Part shown: positions 10,467 to 23,535 of the stretch, piece after piece
How positions within the stretch are numbered: position 1 is the stretch's first letter
Layout: every line of letters begins with the position of its first letter
Assembly: GCF_018977255.1 (NCBI RefSeq)
Contig: NW_024704743.1
Location: forward strand, 99,326,001 to 99,390,000
Length of the DNA: 64,000 nucleotides
Direction: 5' to 3'
Source: Callorhinchus milii
Taxonomy: Eukaryota
Notes under the pieces: generated by a model
The model's database searches: none
Told to the model about the DNA's origin: nothing
Seen by the model: only the letters and a program-made list of their open reading frames with translations
Position numbers and translations under genes: made by a program

Positions 10467-12409
10467 CTATTTCTATCCTATTGCAATGATAAAATTCTAG
10501 TGTTGAACAGAATTCAGTTTTTAATTCATGAGTTTAGACCCCAATTCAAAGCTTTTAATGAGTGGATTTAAGTTACGATAAACTGAAATCCAAGTGGAAC
10601 GTGTTTTGTTTGTGTTTGATGAGTGAAGCGCTCTAGCACCCTACCGTGTGTCAGGGGCGCAATATTATTGCAAGTTGTTGTTGAAGAAGACATGGAGAAC
10701 TGAAGTTTAAAGTGTCTTGTAAAGTATTTGGAGTGACCTGGTTTACACTCTCTTCCTCCAGAAAACAGGGATCTATTTTCATGTCAAAACCTTAAATTGT
10801 TCAATCATTAAAATAGAGAGCCAAGAGGAAAGCACAGACCAAAAAGGCTATTTTTTGCTCAAAGTAAGTGATTCAGGAAATAAAGAATCCAGGAAATGGA
10901 TAAACCATCTGGAGGGATAACTAATTAGAAGCACATAAAAGTAGGGAACTCATTGCTTGGCTCAAAAGCTTAGTTGCGTCATATTTTTAACACCATTTGG
11001 CTTTAAGGAAGTAGAAAGCAAAGGAGAGCGGCTCAGTTAAATTGTTCAGAAGCCTCTGAGTCAGAAATCAGATTCTTTTAGAAGAAAGATATATGCAGTG
11101 AAGGCACAAGAGGTGTGTGAGAATGAGAAACCATCACAAATATCAAGCTCAGATGTGCCCAAAACTGAGAAACGATGGAAATATCGCAATCCGAGTTAGG
11201 GGCTGTCAAGGATAAGGCAGGAAGAGCTAGATAAAGAAACTGAGAAAATATTTATTTGATGGAACGTTCTAAAGAAACCCAAATGAATGATCATTCAACA
11301 TCAAGAGAGGTGCAGAACCTAGAAAGTGATAGTAAAATAACAGAACAGTAGCAAAATAAAATGTATAATGGTTTGATTTTTTTTTCATCTATGTTGGAGC
11401 TTCACATCTTTGCTTGTTGGAGATGTGAGTTATTGATCCCAATCCCAACAAAACGATAATCCTTAACAATACAGCACCCAATCACATTGTCAAAACATGT
11501 CAAAACCATTTGCAGCATTTAACAAGTAAATGACCAATTTTATCTGGGGGAATGTTGGCCAGGACACTTGGGAATCTTCTTTCACTTTTCAGACTGTACC
11601 TTGAAACTTTTAATGTCCACCTGGACACATACAGAGTTGATAGCATTGTCAAGGGATGATGGAAGCTAAACCTTCTGAGAATTTTTATAAGAATAATAAT
11701 CCTTGCATTTGATATAGCGCCTTATCACATCTTCGAGATGTCTCAAAGCGCTTCACAGAATATACTGTAAAGTGAATTGACTGCATATTTTGTGGGCAAA
11801 ATATGTTTTATTTTATGTTTTTAGAACTATGTTTATTGCCATTACATATACTAACTTCATTGAAATTTTAAGAAATCGTCAGGTAAATGAATTAATATCA
11901 GCAGAGATATGTGGCCATTAACTTAACTGATTGTATAATTTTGACCATGATTGTTCATTCGTCTGCAGAGCCTTGACTGAACAAGAATATTCAAAATAAG
12001 ATGGATGTAATAAGCAGATGAATCAAATCATATTTGATGAGAGCTAACTTTCCACAGTTGAATGTCACCAAGACCGGGGGCCTCCTGATTAGCTCACGTC
12101 AGCACATCCACACCTCAGGCGCTGACAGCATCACCATCCAAGGATACAAACTCCACCTCACTGAGCCAGTCCGGATTGCAGGATTAACAGAAGCTGAGTG
12201 GGATGACGCCCTGGCCTCAGTAACTGGTCTGTCCTTCCAGGTCCTGCCTTGAGCCAAGCTGGCTGTGCTGTCATGTACAGTGCTTGGAATACTGTGGACC
12301 CGCCTGGCTCAGGAACCGGACTACCGAGACCGCAACTGAGGCCTCGTTTGATTCTGACATTTGTTGCCAGGCATGTCACCTTGGAGCTAGTTCAGTTCCA
12401 AGGAGATCC

Positions 12410-13650
12410 CACTTACCTACCCCCAAGGAGATAGTCACTAGTTGGTCATTAGACATCCGGCTAGTTTGAGCCCTCACAAAGTGGATGGTAGGTACAAGGA
12501 ATGTACTGCGAGCTTCCCGGTGGGCAACACATCTCAGCATGAATTACGTGAGAGCATTGCCACCATTTTCCTGTCTGCAGCTCGGGCACACATCCCTTCC
12601 CATTGAGCTATGCTTTTACCATTTGGAGGTACTGAGTTTAAGCAGCAGCTTCTTGCCTCTGCAGGCCAATAGATTCCAGGCACTGGATGTACGAATGTGT
12701 GTTCACAAACGCGGACTCCAGGTAACACCCTGTAACTGCTTCCCATGTTTGCCACAAATGCTTGATCCTAGACTTTGCAGACGGGTCAGAGGAAAGCTTT
12801 CTGCTGCAACCCCAGGAGCTCAGATGCATAAAGGAGGACTGTTTGCACAGGTCTTGTATGTCACAAGCTTGACCTGCAATGGGACCTTGTTGTCCTTGAA
12901 GAGGGATGAGCAAGGAACCCTTCACCCCTTCTCAGCTCAGTCCTTCAGGACAGTGTCCAGGCTAAAGTTGGTGACCCCAAGATACTCATAAGAATCATCA
13001 ATTGAAACTGAAGCCCCTTGTATCTTCCAATTAATCCCTTGGGCAGTGCAGAACCATGATTCCGCACTTGGATCACCTACCACCATGTCCCACCGGTTGG
13101 CCCAGCGTTCAAGATGGCAGGTGCAGCGCAGAAAGTCCCCAGGTGAGTCCACTAGCAGCACAACATCATGCGCAAACAGAAGCACTGCAATCCTGTCAGA
13201 AAGGCCTGGAACAGATACACCTTCTCCCTCGATGCCATCCACCACGTCATTGATGAACACATGGAACAGAGTAGGTGACAATGGGCAGCCTTGCCTTAAC
13301 CCGCTTTCCTGAGGGAGGGGGTCAGTAAGACCACTGTCGACCCTCACACAGATCTGGGAGCTGCTGTACACATTCCAGATAAAATCCAGGATTTGGCCAC
13401 GTACTCCCATGGCTTCCAGTTTCATCATGTGGGCCTCATGAGGCACTTAGGTCAAAAGCCTTGCGGAAATCGATGAACACAACATAAGTGGGTTTCCCCT
13501 CAGCTTTACGCTGTTCTGCAATCTCATACAGAGCCACAACCTGAGCCACAACCTGTGCCACATATTTCTCACGAGGGCGGAAGCCAGCCGGTTTCTTGAT
13601 CAAACCGTGAGCCTTCAACGCATGCGGTACACGTGCTGTGACTACGAGCA
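12410..13650 (-). mobile_element. Non-LTR retrotransposon relic, RTEX/RTE-like reverse transcriptase pseudogene
   Basis: AGFRPRE..VAQVVALYEI..FIDFRKAFD / PHEA..GLRQGCPLSPTLF..FINDV..LLFAHDVVLL..YEYLGV, then a C-terminal CPSC..FMLRC remnant; frameshifts and stops present. Confidence 0.85.
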
Positions 13651-14879
13651 GGTAAAATGAAGGGATGGGGTGGGTGGAGAGCAGGAGAAGTTCCAGAAAG
13701 TGGAGGTTGTAGTTGCTAAAGGTCCACTATGTTCCATGTTCCTCACTGATAACAGTAATCAAAACTGGCTCCGTTGTTCTTTCATTTGGCATTAATCACA
13801 CCGAGCACATAACCAGAAACAAGATCCTGGGAATATCTAGACAACATATTGCATTTCAAACATCTCATCTGTAAACTGGTTAAAACACACGTTCGGGATA
13901 TATTTAGTGAAGTATTTCAGATGAGAAGTTACCTTTAGTTGTAGAGCTAAATTGATTTACAGTGTTTAAGTGTTTCTGTTTTACTGTTAAGATTACTATT
14001 CCACCATTTAGTCACCAAAAATATTACTGTGATCAATCAAATCTGTACCATCTACAATGAAGTGTTAAAGGAATTGGGTTCATTCTGTCGCTAAGTAGGT
14101 ATTGGATAGCTTCACTGCATATATTGCATTTGATGGTGAGGTATTGTGTTGGCTTCAACTGCTATATTGAACCTCAATACTACACTATTATTATAGTGCC
14201 AGTGCACATTAAGTGTATCTCATTGAAGGTGGTATAGTTAGAGCAGAGTGATATAGTTAGAGCAAGGTGGAATAGGTAGAGTGCTCGTGCAATACTTGAA
14301 GCATTATTAGGTAACTAGGGAGCATATTTTATAGGCCAAATTTGTAGTATCAATTCTATCTATTTCTTTGACTGTGCTTAGTCACCTTCCCTTCTCCGAC
14401 CCCCCCCCACCCCCAACCATCACCACCCCCACCCTGATACCATCTCTCCAAGGTACTCTGAGAGGCTACTCTATAGAATCCAGCTATACAAATGAGTTGT
14501 TATAATCATTGTTTTTATATACCACTTTTGATAAGGTTAGGTAAAAGGTTAAAAAGCTAGATAAAACCACCAAGATCTAAAAACAACATTTGCCTCTGAT
14601 CAGTCGGAGTTTTATTCTATTTAACAATTTATTGCATTCCTGATAGGCAACTGATTCAGCAATATCAAATCATGGTCACTCGGCTCCTATCTCACCTCTA
14701 AGGCTTCATTTCTAAGTATGTTCCCAAGAATAAACTTTTCAAAAGTATCAAATTAATTTTTTTTAAGATAAACACATGTTTGCCCTTTTTTTAAGTAACT
14801 ATCATAATTCAAATTATTTTTTTATTCTAGCTTTGGGTATGTTATGGCAGCAAAGCATTGTTGTTCTGTCTCCTTCCCA

Positions 14880-15800
14880 TATCGACCTCAACAAATTTAT
14901 TCAGTACCAGACGACACTTTCTCTTGCATCGAGACAAGAATAAATATTTCCTGTTGTCTGTCCTGAAATTGGCCTTTGCAACCTTACATTTGTTAACATA
15001 ATCTGATTTGATTATGTATACTAGCATCCTGTTGACTTTATTGCTGCTTCAACTGCTGAAGGACTGTTTCAACATGGTGAGCAATGAGTCAACTAACACC
15101 TCTGATTCTCTTTTAAAATCCCAATTGGCAAGTTCTGTTCCATCCTTGGAGTACATGTGTCTCCTATTTTTACTTCCTGTATGCAGTACCTTGCATTTGC
15201 CAATGATTAACCTAGATGTATGCCCTATCGAGTTCTCTTTGTAGAACATTGTCTGACTTCTCAGATTCTACAACCTTCTCTTGGGTCGTGCTAATAAAAG
15301 GGAGGTTAAGATAAAGAAACCCCTTCGACCCATTTGATCTCATCCTTCCACCCTACCATCAACAACTGCATTTATATAACACCCCTCACGCAGGGTAGCA
15401 TCCAAGAGCGCTACCATCGTCCTGTTGTAGCATGAGTTCATGTCCTGGATTGAACACCCCTCTTAGTAACCTTGTCCAATCGTTAATTACCGTTTGGGTA
15501 AAGAAATATTTCCTGGTGTCTGTCATGAAATTAGCCTTTGCAAACTTAAATCTGTACCATTTGTTTTGCTGTCTCGATGCATCTAAAAGTATTTTTCAGA
15601 ATATAAGCTTGAACTGAATCTCTATGGCGAACACCTTTTGGAAGTCTAGATGCATTACATCATAAGGCTGTCACCTTCTCAAAAAAAGTCTATTACATTG
15701 GTCAGACAATACCTATGCTTTTGTTGTTAATTATTAGATTATTTTTATATCAGTAATCTTACACTTTCTTTCCAATGATTGATTCCATAATTATTCATAT
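14880..15800 (-). mobile_element. Cluster of old CR1-like fragments
   Basis: KCKVLHTGSKN motif (ORF 15049-15249) and FRTDNRKYLF (ORF 14842-15027). Confidence 0.55.
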
Positions 15801-16573
15801 TTATTGGGGTCAGGCTGATAATAATAATCTTTGCGTTTGATAAAGCACCTTATCACTTCTTCAAGACATCTCAAAGCGCTTCCCAGAATATACTGTAAAG
15901 TTAACTGACTATATTTTATGGGCAAAACTTAAATTATAGATGCATGTACTCCAATTAAATTAAAATGTATATGATCTACTTGGTCTTTAGGGGCTTCAAC
16001 CTCTTATCTGATTTACAGATTTACTAATATGAAATGTGTAATTATTAAATTGTTGAAGAACTAATTTTCAATTTTCTAAAACATTTATTGCCTGATAAAT
16101 TTATTCCATATGAAGGCTGGAAATTGGATATCAAGAAAACCTTGACGTTGTCTTAGTTGCCCTCAACTTAGTCAATAATGCTCACACTGGGAAAACAAGA
16201 AGCTGTAAGTGAAGAGGTGCACAAATTTTCCTTTTGTTGTTGGCTGTTTTCTTACCTGAATGTACTGCCTCTTGTGATCTGATCTCCCAACCTTAACATT
16301 TCAGCCAGGAGTCTTCAACTATAGGGCAAGTCATCCCGTTTTCATCTAATGCATCATTTCTAGGTTCCAGTAAGGGTCTCTGAATAATAAGCAGCAGCAA
16401 GAATTCTGGCTGATTTTTTNAAATCTCCCTAACTCTCTGCTGCAATTAATGACAAATTATTCCACCCATCGCTGCCCCAGTTGTGATCTATTACCTCAGC
16501 TTATACCAGCAATCAAACTTGTAACCTTCTGGCTTGAATGGTTTTATGTTACACCAGATGGGGCGGTTATGTG

Positions 16574-16985
16574 TCAGCTTGGCTTCTTTGGTAACTCTCT
16601 CTTGCTGCTGAGTCAGGCAGTTTTGGGTTCAAGGTCCATGTGGGATCTCACTGCTCACAGCCCAGGGTGACACAGTGCTCTAGAAATGCAAGATTGCCAG
16701 AAGTGCTGCCCTCTAAAGGTTCTATCTGTCTCTTTAAATAGGGTGTTTATAATGTCACTACACAATTTGAAAAGAGAGGGAGGTTCTCATTATGTGGTAT
16801 CATGGCCAACACTCGTCTTGATATTTCCCTGGTCATCCCAGGTCATTATTTCCCTGACTATTTGTGGGAACCGTTAAACACTAAATTGAGCTGCTGCATT
16901 TACTTTTGAAGACACAGTTACTACACTTCATAGCAATTATCTATAAAGCACTTTAAGACATTTCAATATTGTTTGAGGTGTACCG
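16574..16985 (+). mobile_element. Deu-domain-like SINE, highly degenerate
   Basis: tcagcttggct...ggtaactctcttgctgctgagtcag head; body and tail collinear with the 42 kb copy. Confidence 0.5.
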
Positions 16986-19241
16986 AAATCCAGGATTCTT
17001 ATTGATTACCCCACTCAGCCAATAAAAGTGTGTATTTCTCACAATAGTGGTGAATTCTGTGTAATTTGATTTTCTACTTGTCAACTTGGCTGTGACTGAA
17101 TTAATGCCACAACAGTTGCTGTATTGTCCTTCATGTAACAGTACAATTCTTCCCACTTCCACAGAAAAAAAATCCAAATTCAGGTTGTAGATTGTACATG
17201 TGAGTAGGTTACTCCTGTCTAAACTCCAGTCCCACTGAGGCTCTGACCCCCACACGAGTGTTCACTGTACACATAATAATATGGTGATCAAGTGTACTCC
17301 ATTTAATAAACTCTTGAAGGCAAAGCATGGAAAGTCAAGCACAGCAATATGTCTAAAGTGACTCTCTTAAAAAATCTTAGCATCTTCTCTCACTCTCTTA
17401 TGTGACGTAAATTTTCAAGAAGCTGCCCAAGTCTGGAAATCATGTTCTCCTCACTGATTTTTTAAAGTCATTTTCTTTACATACTACAATCAGCAACACA
17501 AAACTTCTTGCAAAGTACATGTCGAATTCCACATTGACTTGTTTCACCATTCCAAGTAACTACTTCTCTCAGAAAACAGCTGCACATTGTGAATGATGTT
17601 CTGCTCTTGTCGTCAGCAAATAAGAAACAGCACTGAACCTTTTAAAATTACAGTCTTTTCCAAAAATTGTGAATTTTGTGCTGATCACCATGAAGAATGT
17701 CAATTCAGGGGAGTGGAACGTTTTGCTCAAACTCAGATTGTATTGCTAGCCAGCAGAGAGGAAACATTTGTCCCATTAATCTGTGTTGGATCTGATTCGG
17801 AGCATCAGAGTGAAAGGACATTGTGAAATCCCTCCTGCAATTTACATTTTAACCTACTGGATCTGACAGTCGAGTTGTTACAGCTCACAAAGTGTATGTC
17901 CAGAATCTGGTCAAATTATTAAAATGTTATTTGTTTGACTGACTCTAATAACATAAATAAATTAACATTAAATAATATTAAACTGATTCCTGGGTCTCTG
18001 CGCAGATGTAAACTAGAGCAAATTCCAAGTCACGGAATCTGAAATCTACTTCAAGGCTTAGTTTTTCTACTTTAATATTACTTTGGCCATTTTTTTATTT
18101 ATGCATCAAGTTTAATAGTTAAAGGTGATTCATCCTCAACAAGAACAAGATGTGTTGATTTCATTAGGTTGTGAAAAGGACAACATAAATATGATTGCCA
18201 CAGGCTGAATTATTTAAAGTACCCGTCAACACCAACCTTACCCTGGTTAGTAAATAATTCACACCCTCCCTCCACCAATTAATCCAGGGAGCCACATCTG
18301 CTCCATTGTAATTGGACAAGGAACTCTGGTTGCTTACAATTTCCTTTTATCCAGGGAATTCAGTGACAGATAGTCATCACTGTAATTCTCATTACAATGT
18401 GCATCCCATTTGAACTTGACATCCATATACATTGTGGGACATTATGTGCAAATTAGCTGCCGCATTGGCCTACAAATATACAGTCATTACACTTCACACT
18501 AAATCTGGTGAAGCACTTTGAGATTTTCTTGATTGAATATTTCTTGAATTATGCCATTGAAAACACCCTACCAATTGAACTTTTCTGGCCCATGGGCCAC
18601 AGGTTGTCCACCCTGATTTAAAGTCTCATTTGAAGGACAGCACTTCCAACATTACAGCATTTCCTCTGCTTTACACTGTTAGCCTAGGCCTATATTTTGC
18701 TTAATTAAATTAATTATTTTGATCTTCGTTAAACCATCATTAGTGGAACTTTATCAAATACCTTTTGATATTCCAAGTAAATTGTATGTACTCGATATCA
18801 CTTAATACGTATTCAGTTACCTTCTCAAATATTTCCAGTAGATTTCAGTGGCAAAACAGACCTTCATCTTTTATAACTTATGCGCTCTGCTCGCTTTACA
18901 ATTTCAATTACTAATGATAGACTAATCATCTATAATTCCTAATTCATGTCTCACTTTTCTGAACACATTTGCCAATCTGCAGTTCTCCAGTATACTCTTT
19001 GCACCGATAGAGTCACTAAAAATAATGATCAAGTCTTTCTATTTTCTCTCTTCCTGAGGATTCTGGGGGTGTAAACCATCTGCTTCAGGTGTCTCGTCAA
19101 GATTTAAAGTGCAATTCTCCTTATGGGAGACATCTTCAGTACTGTCGTGATGAACATTCAATATAAATTGAAATAAGCTAAGTGTTAGTCATGACATTCT
19201 ACCTAGTCTTAGTCTTTAACATCATCAAGCATTGAAATGTT

Positions 19242-19334
19242 CTGATGAAGGATCATGGACTCGAAACGTTGATTCACTTTGCTTTCTCCATAGATGCAGC
19301 CTGACCTGCTGAGTGTTCCCAGTGACTTCTGTTT
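19242..19334 (+). mobile_element. Penelope-like pLTR fragment
   Basis: ctgatgaaggatcatggactcgaaacgtt...gatgcagcctgacctgctgagtgttcccag; same family as 8645-8796. Confidence 0.7.
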
Positions 19335-22300
19335 CCCCCCAAATAAAACTGATCATTCACAGCATGACTGTTTGTGGGACATTGCTGTGCGCAAATTGGC
19401 TGTTGCATTCACCCATAAACCATACAGTCAGTACGCTTTACAGTATATCATATGAAGCGATTTGGGACATCCTCCTGACATGAAAGGTGGCTGAAGGTGC
19501 AGTCACAGAGATAGACCTTTAGATGGGTTTTCAAAGAAGAGAGAGAGAGGACAAAGTGGAAGGATTTTTGAGGAGAGTTACAGATCTGGGAGTACTGGAC
19601 TGGCTGAGGAAATGGGGTAACAGGAAATCACAAAGTTGGGAGGTGGAAGGCCATGGAGGTATTTAAAAGTAAGGATGAGGATCTTGAAGTTGATCTGTTA
19701 GGAGCCAATGGAGCAGGAATGAGGATAGGGGAGATATGCTTTTGGACCCTAATGTGAGAGTATGAAAGCTGTAGAGTTTGGGATGGTTTGGAGCTTGTGG
19801 AGGGTGTCAGTTTAGCTCAGTTGGCAGCACTCTTGCCTCCATGTCAGAAGGCTATACGTTCAAGCTTGACATTGGGACTTATATAGTTTAAACTCATACA
19901 GTCTAGTTGATATTCCAATGCTTTGGTGGAGGTGCCACTCTTCATTTTAGACGTTAAACCCAGGAATCATTTGTCTGCAGCAGAGACACTAAGGAGGACA
20001 AGGCGGCACAGACAGAGGCAGGCAGAGAGAATGCTGTTTGGGACTTTGATCAGGCTGTTTCAGCACTGTGTGATGGCAGAAGTTAGATTGGAGGGGCTCA
20101 TATGAGGAATGATGGGAGAGGAAGGAGCAAAGCTGGGAGACAACACATTTCAGCATCTTGGAGAGCAAGACAGTTTTCTGCAGTTTTTAATAACAACTAG
20201 TTCCAAAAGAAGATTGAATTTAAGGTTTTTCCCCACTATTCTACAGCTCCTTAAATTTCAAGACAAAGTGGTCTTACCGGCTAACGCTACATGGAGCTTT
20301 GGGCCTGAACACTGATATATTTCAGATTTTCCACCACAGACAAAATGTGATTATTTTTTAAATCTGCTCTTGTGAATATAGTTGTAATTAAACTTATTTT
20401 AAACTAAATAATTGGCAGGTGAAACATTGTTTCAAGTCTCCATTCCTCCCAGTCAGTTTATTATAGTCTGTTTATGTCAGTTCTTTCCTGCATTGGTATG
20501 GTGTGTTCCTGAGGAGCTATTTCTATAGAGTTGCTATCAGTTCACTGTGGTTAGACTTCACAAAATCTCAAGAGAGGTTTATATGAGGAGGGTCCATTGG
20601 CCCATTTGATCTCTTCCAATCAGAATACCGATCCTGTTATTTTCCCATTACAACATCAAGCTGCTTCTTGAATGAGTAGCTGTGTTTTTAATGAAACTGA
20701 ACTATTCTGCATGACCAAGGTTTAGGTTTTGTGGCTGCTGCAACCCAAATGCAAGCGAGGAGCAAAACTGGAGCATATGTGCTGATGGAGCATCAGAAGT
20801 TCACAGGGAGTGGAATAGCAAAGCTGGTGCCTGCCAGCTGGACATAGGATTAGTAATAGGGGAAAAGCATACAGTTTAGAAACAAATCACCTTTGTATGA
20901 GTCAGGAGCACTTTAGGCTGCCTTGAGATGCAATTACTGAGATATATCCTCTCATTGCATGGAATAGCTGGGAAATCAACAGATGATGGTGATTGTGCAT
21001 CAAGGCAGCACTGACTTCTATACCAAGGGGTCACTTTAGGCAGCAGGTTGGAATTTCTGTGGCCTAAGGCAAGCATTAGTAAGTGGAAGCAGATGTTGAA
21101 CTCAAATTTCTTTGGTTGGCATCCAGCAACTTAGCTATCTTCCTGGCAGCAACTAGATTTAGAAAAAAATAACAATATTGAGGTCCATTTAGTGGTTCTG
21201 GTTTGCAGATCTCAGTCTTTGACTGATTATTAGTGAGATACCATTTTATTGAATTTTGTTAAAAAAAGATTGACGTTAAGGAACTCATGGCAATCTCCAA
21301 TGGTTGAGACATTTACTCACAAGTGGAGAATCCCTTTCCTTATGTTCTGTGTTAGATTTTGGAAGGTTTGTTAAAATATATTTTGTCAGAAATGCCCAAA
21401 CAATGGGATGCAACTGTTAAAAAAGACAAACTGACAGTCAAGAGCTGTGATCTTTCAAACAGGAGATCCAATGTTGTGATCTGGCTTCACAGATTTTGTG
21501 AATGCATGCCCATGACATGCAGTTCCAGGTACATTCACAAGCCCATGTCCTCTCCCATACCAGGCTACCTACATGAGCACCCATCACTCCATCTGTGCTT
21601 GGGTTCTTTGATGCCCAACTCCAATGGATCAAATACAAGATTCTCATCCTCACTTTCAAATACCTCTATGGTTTTACTCGTGTTCACTCCCTCTGCTCAG
21701 CAAGCTGCTTAACGTCCCTGCCTAATCTACCTCACTATTATTGGGCGAGTATTCAGCCATCTGCCCCTGCTATCTGGAACTCCATCCTAGAATCCCTCCA
21801 TCTTGTCCCCTCTCTTTCTGCATTTAACACCTTTCTCTTGGACTGTGGTTTCAGCCATCTTTCCCTTCTCCTTTCCTCTCCAGTGCCCCACCCCCATATG
21901 TCAGCTATGTGAAGTGCTTTGAGGTATCCTCTCAATGTGAAAGGTGCTTTGTTAATGTAAATTGTTGTTGATGCTTCACTCATGATATAATCCATTGCAT
22001 TACTGAACAAGACAGGTGACAAGATGGAGCCTCAATGGCCTTCTTAAACACACTTAGCATAGATTTACTATAAATCTAATTTTAAACAGAAACGGTCAAT
22101 GTAAAGGGATTACTAGTTTCCCATTAAACTGAAATGACTGAACTAATTTAAGAAAGACCTTGATGCTATAATTGGAATACAGTAGTGTTGTCATTCTTGA
22201 AGGATGAAATCAAATGGGCCAAAGCATTATTTCCATTTGAGGCTCTTATTGACATGGCAAAAATTGTTTATTGATTTTTTTTAACCCTGTTTTTAACAGT

Positions 22301-23139
22301 TACATCCCATTGTTTGAGCATTTAAGTGGATTTCTATCAAAACATATTTTAACAAATCTGCCAAAATCTAACACAGAATCCAAGGAAGGGGAGTCTCCCC
22401 TTGTAAGTAAATTTATTGACCAGTGGAGATTGCAATGGGATCTTTAACGTCTACCTGAACAGGCAGATGTTGCAATTTTCATGCAGTTTAAGCCATTTGT
22501 TTCCCATATCTTCAATCAAACACAGAAGGGTTAAACACTTTACTTGCTCTCTAAGGTGTAAAACAACGCTTCTGGTTTTAACTCCTTATTTTAAACAACT
22601 GTAGAGCATTTGTTTGAACAGGCACCATATTCATGGAAAGTTTTCAATCCTTCTGTGTTAGAACAGCAGAGCTGGGTATGGCGAAACCATGGAGGCAGAA
22701 GGAGTATCTTGAATTTGATCCACTGGGGTCCAGTCAAGACTGGGGTGATTGCCTTGTGGAGCCTGATGTGGGAAAGGACATAAGCTTCAGAGTTCCAAAT
22801 GGTTTGTCGTTTATATATGTAGGAGCTAGAGAGTGCGGAAGGGAGACTAGGAATAACCAACCTATTAGATAATTATCTGGGGAGAACAAGTTTGCTGGCT
22901 ATGGGGAGAGAGTGGAGGAGTGGGATTGATTTGGATAACTCTTTTCAAAGAGCCAGCACAGATACATTGAGCCAAGTGGCCTCCTTCTGTGCTGTATAAT
23001 TCTATGATTCTATGAAACCTGGATATGGTGAAAGGTGAGTGGTTGAAAGTCTCAGCATCTGGGGCGGGGAGGGACGAAGTAATAGCAGGGGCAGACAATG
23101 TTACCGAGGTGAGGAAAAGCCGTGAATGAGAGTCCAAGA

Positions 23140-23535
23140 CAGAATTTGCATTGCTATAACACCTTATCATATGAATGTGTCTCAAAGCACTTCACAGGTA
23201 ATTGCTGTCAAATGTAGTTTGTAGACAAATGTGGCAACCATTAGCACCAGCAAGATTGCCAAAAAAAGGCATGAGGTAAATGATCAATTATCTGGAGGAT
23301 TGTCAAACAGCACACCAGGAGAAACTCCCTTCTCTTTTTGAACAGTGTCTGGAAATCTTTAACAAAAGAGGGACCTAATGTCTTATGTTTTAATGTCTCA
23401 TCCAACAGACTGTTCCTTCAACAATGCAGTACTTCCACACTACTGCACATGAAAAGTGTCAGCCTAAACTACCAGCTCAAGTCTCAACATGGGGCTATAC
23501 CCACACCTGTGCTACCAACTGAGCCAAGCTGATAC
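23140..23535 (-). mobile_element. Deu-domain-like SINE, degenerate
   Basis: Collinear with 42369-42780: cagcttggctcagttggtagcac...gttaaagatttccagacact...gtgaagtgctttgagac. Confidence 0.6.

Noticed and set aside
20700..21155. Possible additional SINE on the minus strand
   Set aside because: Only a faint B-box-like GAGTTCAAC and no second copy in the window; cannot be supported.
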